Positions 39,266 through 48,845 of a stretch of 64,000 nt of DNA are shown here, piece after piece (position 1 is the first letter of the stretch; every line of letters starts with the position of its first letter). Source of the stretch: Hyphomicrobiales bacterium (lineage in GTDB: Bacteria; Pseudomonadota; Alphaproteobacteria; Rhizobiales; NORP267); the NCBI GenBank assembly GCA_021775875.1, contig JAJFHA010000020.1, positions 25,544 through 89,543 of the forward strand, given 5' to 3'. The translations under genes and the position numbers were made by a program. Below the pieces are notes generated by a model, which was not told the origin of the DNA, did not search any database, and saw nothing but the letters and a program-made list of their open reading frames with translations.

Positions 39266-39399
39266 GTCATTCCGGCGAAAGCCGGAATCCAGTGCGAACG
39301 TGCCACGATTGAGATCACTAAAGTCTGGATCCCGGATCGCGCGGCGGGTCACCAATGGGGCATGTAAATCATCCGGGCCGCCGCTTGTCCGGGATGACG
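39266..39399. repeat. inverted copy of the B-C-A composite repeat
   Basis: The reverse complement aligns module for module with 5617-5749. Modules A, C and B are near-identical; the spacers are similar (ttacatg and caatcgtggcacg are conserved). Confidence 0.85.
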
Positions 39400-39462
39400 A
39401 TAGAAATATCAGCCCCGCGCAAAGCGCGGAATAGCCGCGCCTGATACCAACACTAGAATCAT

Positions 39463-39493
39463 AAAAAAGCCGGGGCAAAACCCCGGCTTTTCT
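39463..39493 (-). terminator. rho-independent terminator (bidirectional shape)
   Basis: aaaaaa-gccgggg-caaaa-ccccggc-ttttct: a perfect 7-bp GC stem flanked by an A-run and a T-run, 20 nt downstream of the minus-strand stop at 39514. Confidence 0.8.
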
Positions 39494-39513
39494 CGTTTCA
39501 TTCTCAGGTGTTT

Positions 39514-40122
39514 CTAGAAGAAACCACCATTCTGCGCAGCGACCATGCAGAACAGCATGGGAAACGACAAAAGCGTGTTGGTGCGCGAAAACAGCATCGC
39601 GGTGCGTGCTGAAGCGGCCTTGCTGTCGGCGTCGGCTTCAACAATGCCCAAAGCCCGTTTCTGGTTTGGCCAGATCACGAACCAGACGTTGAACCACATG
39701 ATAACGCCGAGCCACATGCCGATCCCGATCGGGGTGCTGGCACCGCCATCTGTGATGCCGAGTGTTAGTGCGTGGCCCAGATATTTATTCATCGCCGCTA
39801 CGATCAGTCCGGTGACGATGGTGCCCATGGCTGCCCAGCGGAACCACCAAAGGGCTGCTGGTGCGATCACCTTGCCGATGGCAGGTTTCTGGTCGTCCGG
39901 AATGTTTGGCATATTCGGGATTTGCACGAAATTGAAATACCAGAGCAGGCCGATCCACATGACGCCATTCAGAACATGGAGCCAGCGGAAGAAGAACGAG
40001 TACCAGGCATGATCAAGCTCAAAGCCTGCGCCATTGGTTGCCCTGATCGCAACGAAGAGAATGACCGTCAGGATGATCCCGGCGATCACGGTTGATTTAA
40101 GATTGGATAAAATTCCACCCAT
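39514..40122 (-). CDS. integral membrane protein, urate hydroxylase PuuD-like membrane domain (no cytochrome c domain)
   Basis: 202 aa from ATG 40122. Has 4-5 hydrophobic helices, and WLHVLNGVMWIGLLWYFNFVQ resembles the COG3748/PuuD membrane module as I remember it. Confidence 0.6.
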   Translation of the reverse strand: MGGILSNLKSTVIAGIILTVILFVAIRATNGAGFELDHAWYSFFFRWLHVLNGVMWIGLLWYFNFVQIPNMPNIPDDQKPAIGKVIAPAALWWFRWAAMGTIVTGLIVAAMNKYLGHALTLGITDGGASTPIGIGMWLGVIMWFNVWFVIWPNQKRALGIVEADADSKAASARTAMLFSRTNTLLSFPMLFCMVAAQNGGFF

Positions 40123-40206
40123 GGGAGTTTCCCCTTTGTTGGGTCCAGGCCGCGACAGGCGGCGAGAACCATTGCCCACTAAGAATGATAGTTGCGCGGA
40201 ACTTAA

Positions 40207-40584
40207 ACGATTCCAGGGTGGGCAGGCAAGGATTACAATTTATACGGATATCTACCCCCGCCCCGCTATTCCGGCAATCAGCGCCGCTACGGACGGGCGT
40301 CGCTGGACCGCCTGAAATTCATCCGCCATTGCCGCAACCTCGGCTTCGGCCTCAACGCCATCCGCGAATTGCTGTCGCTGTCCGAAAACCCGAACCAGTC
40401 CTGCGAAGCGGTTGATGAATTGGCCAGCAAACACCTGGTAACGGTCACCCAGCGCATCGAGCAACTACAAACCCTGCGCGATGAGCTAACCCGCATGACA
40501 AATGCCTGCGCCGGCGGCATTGTCGCCGATTGCCGGGTGGTTGAGGTGTTGGCCGATCACGCGCGGTGTGACGAGGAGCATTGA
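40207..40584 (+). pseudogene. MerR-family regulator remnant lacking an intact N-terminal HTH
   Basis: The frame translates to ...RYSGNQRRYGRASLDRLKFIRHCRNLGFGLNAIRELLSLSEN...ACAGGIVADC..., which covers the MerR wing, dimerisation helix and a Cys-rich effector end. The frame is closed by TAA at 40204-40206, and only a degenerate DYNLYGYLPPP stands where IRYYE-IGLL should be. The first ATG in frame is at 40369. Confidence 0.5.
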
Positions 40585-40777
40585 GGGGAAGTGCAAGAAG
40601 AGAATCACGGCGAATGGTATGAATATCTGTTGATTTTTAGGTGCAGAGTAAACATGTCTGATTGTATTTTGCGGCGATTCAAAAATTTCAGCAGCAAGTG
40701 AAAGGCATAAATAGGTAGTGCCGATCATCAACGATTCCGGACAAAGGCAATCGGTCTCTAGGTTATTTTTTAACCGG

Positions 40778-41284
40778 TCATCGTCTCATAGATTTGTCGA
40801 CACACCGAATAACAGCTTTTCCATGTACGTAAGAATTTCTGAGGTCATTATAGGTGGCTGTGTGCGGCCAAGTGCCTTGATGTACAAATTGATGACGCCA
40901 AACAATCAGGTTTCCATAGCTGCTTCTAACGCTACCTAGACGATTCGAGAGTGACTCTTCCTCAACGATCTTTAATTCGCGCTTGAAACGTTCACGATAC
41001 TTTTTGCCAAAGCAAGAAATATGCCGGTCTTCAATGTCTTTGATTTTGATTTGACCATTAAGACGTTCAAATTTACTGCGAGCCAATTCCCCCAAAGCTC
41101 GATGTTTCTCATCGGCAAAACGGTACAGCACATCCTTTATGGCGAGCTCGTAGGCGGTGACTGCAGATACAGCCAAGAAGCCAAGATATCTCGAAACAAT
41201 AAAATCGTCCGCTAGGCTAATTATGACGTCATCCACATGTGATAGATAGTCGTCAGCTTGAGAAAATCGATCTTCGAAGGACAT
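40778..41284 (-). CDS. HEPN-domain protein (Rx4H motif; RiboL-PSP/MAE-type HEPN-like)
   Basis: 168 aa, predicted helical, with the C-terminal motif WRHQFVHQG (R-x4-H). Its start lies 1 nt after the stop of the upstream DUF262 gene. Local composition is AT-rich. Confidence 0.65.
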   Translation of the reverse strand: MSFEDRFSQADDYLSHVDDVIISLADDFIVSRYLGFLAVSAVTAYELAIKDVLYRFADEKHRALGELARSKFERLNGQIKIKDIEDRHISCFGKKYRERFKRELKIVEEESLSNRLGSVRSSYGNLIVWRHQFVHQGTWPHTATYNDLRNSYVHGKAVIRCVDKSMRR

Positions 41285-41285
41285 T

Positions 41286-42371
41286 TTACTGCAATCGCAG
41301 TTGAGCGATCCGAAGTCGTTCTTTTACAGTGATGGCGTCGCTGGTATTGAAAAAAATAGAATTTTGAAAATTCTCATCCTTATATAACTCTTGGATCTTT
41401 CCATTCAGGTCTTTGGGAAGTTTAGACGTTTTAGGCAGCAAGACTGTGTAGACGGCATCAAGCGCCGCAAGATTTATTGGGCCGCGAACGTGGAATGGCC
41501 GTTCCCCTAGTAGTTCTAACAACTCTGCAGTAAGAATTTTGAATTTTGAGGCAAATTCCTTGAACTTTTTGGTTCTGGCCGATCTATGGGTTGCCATTGC
41601 ATTGTTTAGGAAATTTTTCATCGGTTTTTCGTAAACGTCATTACTGGAATAAAATGCGAAAGTTCGCAGAATAATTTCTACGTCTCGCTGATGTTTTTCA
41701 GGTTTCGGCCTTCCAATAATTTTGCGCCATTCTGGCATTTCGTTTAGCTCTCTCAGGGCTCTCACAATGTCTCCCGAAAACACGCAATTGCGAATTTCTT
41801 GCGGACGCAATGGGGTGCCTCCAGTGTTAAGTCTTTCAAAGATGTAATACATGCTTGTATCATTTTCGATTGGTGCCAATTGCTTGATATTGACCACCCG
41901 CATCACTGTATTTCGAAGTTTCCTTTGATCCGCATCAGAAAGGTCTTCAAAACGTTTTTTTACATATGGACTTTTCTCATCCAAGCCAATCAAACGAAAT
42001 ACTTGACGCCTACCTTTATCGTTTTCGACGCCAAAATAGCCTTCAAAAAAGAAAACGATGCTAGATATTCGTTGCAGCCCATCAATTACTAGCCGACGTT
42101 CATTTTCATCAACGTAAAAAAATACTTGAGGGACAGGCAGGCCCAGTAAAAAAGACTCAATCAATAGCGACGACTGGCGGATTGTCCAAACAAAATTCCG
42201 CTGAAATTCCGGAATCTCAATTTCACCTTCATCCCACATGTCCGCGAGCCCTTTTAGGGTGTAGTCAGATGGATAGATATTCAAATCAAAATTGACAAAA
42301 TGTTCGGAATCTTCGTTGTTCACATCAATTTCGAGACCTTCATCCAGGTCAGTATTATTTAATTTCGCCAT
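41286..42371 (-). CDS. DUF262 (ParB/Srx-fold, GmrS-like) domain protein
   Basis: 361 aa. Has the hallmark motifs IPEFQRNFVW, VIDGLQR (DGQQR-type) and FERLNTGGTPL. The C-terminal ~130 aa are helical, with no His-Me/DUF1524 motif that I can see. Confidence 0.85.
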   Translation of the reverse strand: MAKLNNTDLDEGLEIDVNNEDSEHFVNFDLNIYPSDYTLKGLADMWDEGEIEIPEFQRNFVWTIRQSSLLIESFLLGLPVPQVFFYVDENERRLVIDGLQRISSIVFFFEGYFGVENDKGRRQVFRLIGLDEKSPYVKKRFEDLSDADQRKLRNTVMRVVNIKQLAPIENDTSMYYIFERLNTGGTPLRPQEIRNCVFSGDIVRALRELNEMPEWRKIIGRPKPEKHQRDVEIILRTFAFYSSNDVYEKPMKNFLNNAMATHRSARTKKFKEFASKFKILTAELLELLGERPFHVRGPINLAALDAVYTVLLPKTSKLPKDLNGKIQELYKDENFQNSIFFNTSDAITVKERLRIAQLRLQ

Positions 42372-42463
42372 ACTCTATCTCGCAAACTACCCAATTGATG
42401 AATATCCAGTTTGGCTGACAACCAACATAAAGCTGGATAAATCGAGGGCTTAATCGATTCCCC

Positions 42464-43675
42464 CTAAAAAAACGCCTGAATGCCCGTCTGCGCTCTACCC
42501 AGTATCAGGGCGTGCACATCGTGCGCACCCTCATAAGTATTTACTGTTTCCAGGTTCATGACGTGGCGCATGATCGGGTATTCGTCCGAGATGCCGTTGG
42601 CGCCGTGCATGTCGCGGGATTGGCGGGCGACGTCGAGGGCTTTGCCGCAATTGTTGCGTTTCATCAGGGAAATTGAGGTTGGCGCGGCGGTGCCGGCTTC
42701 CAGCATGCGCCCCAGCGCCAATGCGCCGTGCAGGCCAAGGGCGATTTCGGTTTGCATGTCGGCGAGTTTCTTCTGGATTAGCTGGGTGGCAGCCAGTGGG
42801 CGGCCAAATTGTTTGCGATCCAGTGTGTATGAACGCGCACCGTGCCAGCAGGCTTCGGCAGCCCCCATCGCGCCCCATGCAATGCCGTAGCGGGCTTTGT
42901 TCAGGCACCCGAACGGGCCGCTCAAACCCTTGACATTGGGCAACAGGTTTTCTTCCGGCAGGAACACATCTTCGAGCACAATTTCGCCGGTGATCGAGGC
43001 GCGAAGCGAAAGCTTGCCTTCTATTTTCGGTGTCGAGAAACCATCCATACCGCGCTCGACCACAAAGCCATGAATGCCTTCGTCTTCAAGCTTGGCCCAG
43101 ACCACCGCGATATCCGCAATTGGCGAATTGGTGATCCACATCTTGGTGCCGTTCAGCTTGAAGCCGCCGTCAACCCGCTTGGCGCGGGTACGCATGGATG
43201 CGGGGTCAGACCCTGAATCCGGTTCCGTCAGGCCAAAGCAACCGACATGTTCGCCGCTCGCCAATTTGGGCAGATATTTCTTGCGCTGGTCTTCGGTCCC
43301 ATAGGCGTAAATCGGATGCGCAACCAGGCTATTCTGAACGCTGATCGCGGAGCGGTAACCGGAATCGACGCGCTCTATTTCCCGCGCGATCAGGCCATAC
43401 GCCACATAATCCAGCCCGGCTCCGCCATATTCTTCCGGGATCATGATGCCAAGCAGGCCAAGGGCACCGGCTTCATCCATGATTTCGCGGTCAAAACGTT
43501 CTTCCTGGAACGCTGAGCGGACACGGGGTTGCAGCTTGTCGGCGCAAAATTGCTGGACCGAATCCCGGATCATCCGTTCTTCTTCGGTCAGTTGGGCTTC
43601 AAGCCCAAGCGGGTCTTCCCAATTGAATTCGCCAATACGTTCCGCCACATCAACCTTCACCGCTGCTTCAGCCAT
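42464..43675 (-). CDS. gcdH: glutaryl-CoA dehydrogenase
   Basis: Acyl-CoA dehydrogenase fold with a GcdH-type N-terminus ([23 protein letters not shown]). I chose ATG 43675, preceded by ggaagga. Confidence 0.9.
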   Translation of the reverse strand: MAEAAVKVDVAERIGEFNWEDPLGLEAQLTEEERMIRDSVQQFCADKLQPRVRSAFQEERFDREIMDEAGALGLLGIMIPEEYGGAGLDYVAYGLIAREIERVDSGYRSAISVQNSLVAHPIYAYGTEDQRKKYLPKLASGEHVGCFGLTEPDSGSDPASMRTRAKRVDGGFKLNGTKMWITNSPIADIAVVWAKLEDEGIHGFVVERGMDGFSTPKIEGKLSLRASITGEIVLEDVFLPEENLLPNVKGLSGPFGCLNKARYGIAWGAMGAAEACWHGARSYTLDRKQFGRPLAATQLIQKKLADMQTEIALGLHGALALGRMLEAGTAAPTSISLMKRNNCGKALDVARQSRDMHGANGISDEYPIMRHVMNLETVNTYEGAHDVHALILGRAQTGIQAFF

Positions 43676-43772
43676 GCCTTGTCCTTCCAATTATTTGCCG
43701 GCCCGCTTCCGGCGTCTGCCATGCTTTTTACAGGGGATGGCGCTGCCATCAAACCTTTTTTACCGGCACATA

Positions 43773-45878
43773 TTATTCCGAGGGTTGCATTTTACCGGCA
43801 ATCATCAGGGCAAAGGCCTGGGTCAACGCCACTTCATGCAAGGAATCGAACCGTCCGGGCTTGCCGCCATGACCGGCCTGGATATTCATCTTGAGCAGGG
43901 TCATGCGGTCGTCGGTGCGCAATGCGCGCAGCTTCGCCGCCCATTTTGTCGGCTCCCAATAAGTAACGCGCGGATCGGCCAGCCCGCCGGTTATCAGCAT
44001 ATGCGGATAGGCTTGTGCCGTCACATTGTCGTAGGGCGAATATGAGCGGATATATTCAAAGGCTTTCGCGTCCTCAATCGGGTTGCCCCATTCGGGCCAT
44101 TCGGGCGGTGTCAACGGCAGGTCAGCGTCGAGCATGGTCGCCAGCACATCGACAAACGGAACGTCGCCGATAATGCCGAGAAACATATCCGGGTCCATAT
44201 TGGCAACGGCACCCATCAGCAATCCGCCAGCCGACCCGCCCTGGGCCACGATATTGCCGCGCGATGTATAGCTTTCCGCAATAAGCGTTTCGCCAGCCGC
44301 CAGAAAATCCAGGAACGAATTTTTCTTGTTCAGCATTTTGCCATTGTCGTACCAGGCATAGCCCTTGTCCTTGCCGCCACGCACATGGGCGATGGCGTAG
44401 ACAAACCCGCGATCCACAAGCGACAGTCGGGTGACGGAAAAGGCGGCGGGAATAGAAATTCCGTAAGCGCCATAGCCGTACAAGAGTAATGGCGCGGTGC
44501 CGTCGATCGGCGTGTCTTTATGGTAGAGCAGGGAGATCGGAACCATTTCCCCGTCATGGCTTTTCGCCAAAATACGACGCGTTACATAATCCGCCACATC
44601 ATGCCCGCTCGGCACAACTTGTTCTTTCAGGAGCGTACGTTGACGGGTCACCATATCGTAGTCATAGGTTCGCGCAGGCGTGGTCATGGAAGAATATGTG
44701 AACCGGATAATGTTGGTCTCAAATTCCAGCCCGACCGAAAGCCCAAGTCCGTATGCTTCTTCGTCAAACGCGATTATATGCTCTTCACCGGTTTCCAGAT
44801 TGAACACCACAATGCGAGGCAATCCGTCCAGTCGCTCGATCCGAATCAGATGATTTTCCAGAACAGAAAAGCTGAGGATCAGCCGCCCCGGCACATGGGG
44901 TACAATTTCCTGCCAGTTCTCTGGAGAGGTTGCGTCTGCCGGGGTTTTGATGATCTTGAAATCTTTCGCCCCGTCGCGGTTGGTGAGGACGTAAAAATCA
45001 TCACCGCGATGCGTAACCGTATATTCGTGTTTTTCTTCGCGCGGCAGAAATACGACCGGTGTTTTGTCCGGCCGGTCTGCCGGGATCAAACGCACCTCGG
45101 CAGATTCGTGATCGTGCGATGAAATCACGATGTGGCTGCGATCAAGCGTTGCACCGATGCCAACAAAATAGCCGGGATTTTCTTCTTCAAATATAAGCAC
45201 ATCACTTGCGGCGTCTGTGCCAAGAACATGGCGAAAAACGCGTGACGGGCGATGGTTTTCATCGAGCCGGATATAGAAAAACGATTTTGCGTCCTGCGCC
45301 CATACCGCTGATCCGCCGCTATCTTCAACCCGGTCATTCAGATCTTTCAGGGTCGCGGTATCGCGGACCCGAAGGCTGAAATATTCCGATCCCGTCTCAT
45401 CAAAGCTATAGGCCAGCAATTTGTGATCAGCGCTGTGGGCGGCACCGCCAAGACGGAAATAATCCTTGCCTTCGGCCATCGCGTCGCCATCAAGCAACAA
45501 TGTCTCTTCGCCACCTTCGCGGGCAGTGCGCACCATTCGCGGATGCTCCGCCCCGGTCAGATATTTGGTTGCATAGGCGTAAGACCCATCAGGGACAGGC
45601 GGAGAAGAATCGTCTTCCTTGATCCGGCCCCGAATTTCCTTGAACAAGACGTCTTGCATTTGTTCGGTCGGCGCCATGCTGGCATCCAGCCAGGTATTCT
45701 CTGCATCCAGATAAGCGCGGATGTCTTCATCCAGAACCGACGCATCACGCATCACGTCCTGCCAATTATCAGCCCGCAGCCACGCATAATCATCTTCAAC
45801 GACAAAGCCGTGATGGGTGAAGCTGTAGGGTTTTTTTTGTGCCGATGGCGGCGTGAGAGGCTTATTCACTTGTATCAT
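43773..45878 (-). CDS. ptrB: S9 family serine peptidase, oligopeptidase B-like
   Basis: Has the N-terminal beta-propeller region ([13 protein letters not shown]) and the catalytic [10 protein letters not shown] serine motif. The start at 45878 overlaps the msrB stop region. Confidence 0.9.
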   Translation of the reverse strand: MIQVNKPLTPPSAQKKPYSFTHHGFVVEDDYAWLRADNWQDVMRDASVLDEDIRAYLDAENTWLDASMAPTEQMQDVLFKEIRGRIKEDDSSPPVPDGSYAYATKYLTGAEHPRMVRTAREGGEETLLLDGDAMAEGKDYFRLGGAAHSADHKLLAYSFDETGSEYFSLRVRDTATLKDLNDRVEDSGGSAVWAQDAKSFFYIRLDENHRPSRVFRHVLGTDAASDVLIFEEENPGYFVGIGATLDRSHIVISSHDHESAEVRLIPADRPDKTPVVFLPREEKHEYTVTHRGDDFYVLTNRDGAKDFKIIKTPADATSPENWQEIVPHVPGRLILSFSVLENHLIRIERLDGLPRIVVFNLETGEEHIIAFDEEAYGLGLSVGLEFETNIIRFTYSSMTTPARTYDYDMVTRQRTLLKEQVVPSGHDVADYVTRRILAKSHDGEMVPISLLYHKDTPIDGTAPLLLYGYGAYGISIPAAFSVTRLSLVDRGFVYAIAHVRGGKDKGYAWYDNGKMLNKKNSFLDFLAAGETLIAESYTSRGNIVAQGGSAGGLLMGAVANMDPDMFLGIIGDVPFVDVLATMLDADLPLTPPEWPEWGNPIEDAKAFEYIRSYSPYDNVTAQAYPHMLITGGLADPRVTYWEPTKWAAKLRALRTDDRMTLLKMNIQAGHGGKPGRFDSLHEVALTQAFALMIAGKMQPSE

Positions 45879-46299
45879 CTTCACTAAAATCAAGCGAAGC
45901 GCCATTCATGCAATAACGCAATCCGGTTGGTTGGGGTCCGTCCGGGAAAACGTGACCAAGATGAGCTTCGCATGATGCGCACAGAATTTCGGTCCGGCGC
46001 GAAAATAATCCATTGTCCGCGCGCTCAATCACGGCATCCTCGCTGACGGGAGAAAAGAAACTCGGCCATCCGGTTCGTGAATCAAATTTGGCATCAGATT
46101 TGAACAAAGCCGCGCCGCAACATTGACAATCATAATCACCTTCATTTTTGAGGTCATGATACGGGTGCGAAAACGGGCGTTCGGTGCCTTGTTTTCGGGT
46201 CACGTAAAACTGCTCCGGTGTCAAAATCTGCTGCCACTCGGCCTCGGTTTTTTCAATTTTAAGCTTTGTTTTGCTGTCGCTCATCATATCCACCTTCAT
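45862..46299 (-). CDS. msrB: peptide-methionine (R)-S-oxide reductase
   Basis: Has Zn-binding CxxC pairs ([21 protein letters not shown]) and the catalytic RYCMN motif. Confidence 0.9.
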   Translation of the reverse strand: MKVDMMSDSKTKLKIEKTEAEWQQILTPEQFYVTRKQGTERPFSHPYHDLKNEGDYDCQCCGAALFKSDAKFDSRTGWPSFFSPVSEDAVIERADNGLFSRRTEILCASCEAHLGHVFPDGPQPTGLRYCMNGASLDFSEDDTSE

Positions 46300-46322
46300 G
46301 TGCTATCCTGGAGATATAAGCA

Positions 46323-46775
46323 TCAAAGATAGAAAAGCATCACCGTCTCGGCAACAAGAGCGGGTTTGTCTGAACCGTCAATCTCGATAGTCACCTGACT
46401 GGTGGAGCGCCACCGATCCTTGTCTTCGACCAAATCCAGCAATTCAAAACGCGCGCGAACATGGGAGCCAGGCGGCACTGGGTTCAGAAACCGCAGCTTG
46501 TTGGCGCCATAATTTATAACGTGTTTTTTGCCTTCGATACGATAGGTCTTGCGGGAAAATCCGGTGAGCAGCGATAACACCAAATAGCCATGGGCGATGG
46601 TGTCTGTGCCAAGTTCTTTGCGGCATCTTTCCGCGTCCACATGAATCCATTGATCATCGCCGGTAACCTCGGCAAATTTGTTGATCATGTCCTGCGTAAT
46701 CTCAAGCCAGTCGCTGGTCGCAATTTCACCGCCCTTGCAGGCAGCAAATTCTTCAATTGATGAAAAAACCTTCAT
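46323..46775 (-). CDS. MaoC-family (R)-hydratase, hot-dog fold
   Basis: 150 aa. The pattern GDDQWIHVDAERC...IAHGYL is typical of MaoC dehydratase domains. Confidence 0.85.
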   Translation of the reverse strand: MKVFSSIEEFAACKGGEIATSDWLEITQDMINKFAEVTGDDQWIHVDAERCRKELGTDTIAHGYLVLSLLTGFSRKTYRIEGKKHVINYGANKLRFLNPVPPGSHVRARFELLDLVEDKDRWRSTSQVTIEIDGSDKPALVAETVMLFYL

Positions 46776-47024
46776 TCATTTTCTCCGTTGGCCGCAGCGG
46801 TATATATAGCAAAGGTTGTATCAATCAAGACTTGCAACGCAGCCTTTGGTCGGGTTACCGATTAAGTCTGATACATCTGATTCCGAATCATGTATTTTTC
46901 AAGTTCGGCGTATTTGAAATTGTTTGTTGCGTGAAAACCAGATCAACAAAAGTCTGGGTCAGGGCTTCATAGGCAGAATTCGGTATTCTGTAAGGCCACA
47001 GGTCCAGATCAGTCGGAGCGGGAA

Positions 47025-47498
47025 ATGCGGTTTGTCAGCCTGACATTTATTTTATTCGGCTTCTGGCTGTTGTTATCCGGGCATTACACAACCACGCTAC
47101 TGATATTTGGTGTTTTGTCGTCAGTCGGCACCGCTATCTATGCGCGCCGTATGGGTATTCTGGACAGTGAAGGCCACCCGATCCATCTGGCATTGCGGGC
47201 CTTGATTTATTGGCCGTGGTTGGTGGTCGAAATCGTCAAATCTGCTCTTTCGGTGACGCGCATAATCCTGTCGCCCCGTCTGGCGATCCATCCGACAATG
47301 CTGAAAGTGCGAGCCAGCCAGAAATCCGCAGTCGGGATCAACATCTACGCCAATTCCATAACCCTCACACCGGGCACCATTACGGTTGGCCTGAAAGGCA
47401 ATGATCTGGCAATCCACGCTATCACCGGCGAAAATGCCGATGACCTGATGGAAGGCGGCATGGACCGCAAAGTCCGCGATTTCGAGGGGCTGACCTGA
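47025..47498 (+). CDS. mnhE: Mrp-type cation/proton antiporter subunit E
   Basis: 157 aa. The ANSITLTPGT motif is typical of MnhE/MrpE. It is the first gene of a tightly overlapping 10-gene cluster. Confidence 0.85.
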   Translation: MRFVSLTFILFGFWLLLSGHYTTTLLIFGVLSSVGTAIYARRMGILDSEGHPIHLALRALIYWPWLVVEIVKSALSVTRIILSPRLAIHPTMLKVRASQKSAVGINIYANSITLTPGTITVGLKGNDLAIHAITGENADDLMEGGMDRKVRDFEGLT

Positions 47499-47803
47499 TG
47501 GAAGGCCTGACGGAAGGTTTGTTCATGTATATGGTTGCTGCGATCGCCATTCTGGTAGCACTCGGTCTCGCAGTTTTCCGCGCCCTTGCCGGGCCCACCG
47601 TGTTTGACCGTGCGCTGGCTGCCAATGCGGTCGGCACCGGCGCGATCATGTTGCTGGCGATTGTCGGGTTTTTGACCGGCCGTCCAGAATTCCTAGATAT
47701 AGGCATCCTTTACGCCCTGCTCAATATTATTGCCACCTTGGCGGTATTGAAATTTTTTCGGTATGGCGACCTCGGCCATGCCGGAGAGGAGCCGAAGGAT
47801 TGA
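47498..47803 (+). CDS. mnhF: Mrp-type antiporter subunit F
   Basis: 101 aa with three hydrophobic helices. It overlaps the stop of subunit E by 1 nt. Confidence 0.8.
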   Translation: MEGLTEGLFMYMVAAIAILVALGLAVFRALAGPTVFDRALAANAVGTGAIMLLAIVGFLTGRPEFLDIGILYALLNIIATLAVLKFFRYGDLGHAGEEPKD

Positions 47804-48273
47804 TGTCGGATCAAATCCTCACCATTGTCAGCTGGCTGTTTCTCGGATTGGGTAGTTTCTTCTATCTGGTTGGGGCCTTTGGTCTGTTCCGCATGCCGGA
47901 TGTTTTCACCCGCATGCACGCTGTCAGCGTGTCAGATACCCTTGGGGTCGGGTTTTTGATTACCGGCATGGCGATTGAAACCGGATGGAGCCTGAATACG
48001 GCGCGGCTGATCATCATCCTTGCAATCATGCTCTATAGCGGCCCGATCGCGACGCACGCTTTGGCGCAAGCGGCATTGCATGCCGGGGTGAAACCAAAGC
48101 TTGCCGACAACCGTTTGAAAAAATCTCGCCGGATTTCCGCTACTCGCGAGATAGCGGGAAGCAGCAACATCCAGGCGAAATCGTCTGCGCCCACAAAATC
48201 TCGAAGCCGGACAGCACGCAAATCCTCAAGTGCCACCCGTGGCAAGGGAAGGGGGCAATCATCGAAGCGCTGA
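47800..48273 (+). CDS. mnhG: Mrp-type antiporter subunit G with basic Ser/Arg/Lys-rich C-terminal tail
   Basis: Has the FTRMHAVSVSDTLG motif of MnhG. Residues ~97-157 form a low-complexity basic tail. Confidence 0.85.
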   Translation: MMSDQILTIVSWLFLGLGSFFYLVGAFGLFRMPDVFTRMHAVSVSDTLGVGFLITGMAIETGWSLNTARLIIILAIMLYSGPIATHALAQAALHAGVKPKLADNRLKKSRRISATREIAGSSNIQAKSSAPTKSRSRTARKSSSATRGKGRGQSSKR

Positions 48274-48278
48274 TCAAC

Positions 48279-48845
48279 ATGGTCTTGCTGACTTTGATGG
48301 CGATTGTCACCATTGGAGTGGTGCGCCTGCGGAATCTATTCGCGGTCGTCATTCTCGGCGGTATCTATTCGTTCCTGATGGCTAGCGTCATGATCATGCT
48401 GGACGCGGTCGATGTGGCCATGACGGAAGCCTCCGTTGGCGCTGGCATCTCAACAGTCCTGATGCTGGGGACATTGTACCTCACCAAAATGGAAGAAACC
48501 CGCCCGGCCCATACGCCATTGCTTCCGCTATTTGTTGCTGTTGTAACCGCAGGCGGATTAATCTACGGCACAATTGATCTGCCGCCATTTGGTGACGCTG
48601 CGGGAATTATTCACCAGCATGTTGCACCGCATTATCTGCAAAACTCAATTGTCGAAACCAGCGTGCCGAATGTGGTGACGTCGGTTCTGGCAAGCTATCG
48701 GGGCTTTGATACGTTGGGCGAAACGGTCGTGATTTTCACCGCTGGAATTGCCGTTCTGTTGTTGCTCAAGGGCCGTCGCCCGGCATCTGAGCCCGACAGC
48801 AATGCTGCAAAAGCCAGATCACGCAGGCGGAGACCAAAAGCATGA
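48279..48845 (+). CDS. DUF4040 (MrpA C-terminal/MbhD-like) fused to MnhB-like segment
   Basis: 188 aa. The first half carries DAVDVAMTEASVGAGIS (DUF4040-like). The second half carries SYRGFDTLGETVVIF (MnhB domain-like). Confidence 0.75.
   Translation: MVLLTLMAIVTIGVVRLRNLFAVVILGGIYSFLMASVMIMLDAVDVAMTEASVGAGISTVLMLGTLYLTKMEETRPAHTPLLPLFVAVVTAGGLIYGTIDLPPFGDAAGIIHQHVAPHYLQNSIVETSVPNVVTSVLASYRGFDTLGETVVIFTAGIAVLLLLKGRRPASEPDSNAAKARSRRRRPKA

Noticed and set aside
40619-42405. A possible target-site duplication flanking the DUF262/HEPN islet: atgaatatc at 40619-40627 and at 42397-42405.
   Set aside because: Only 9 nt are shared in AT-rich spacers, so a chance match is plausible. There is no integrase, transposase or inverted terminal repeat to support it.
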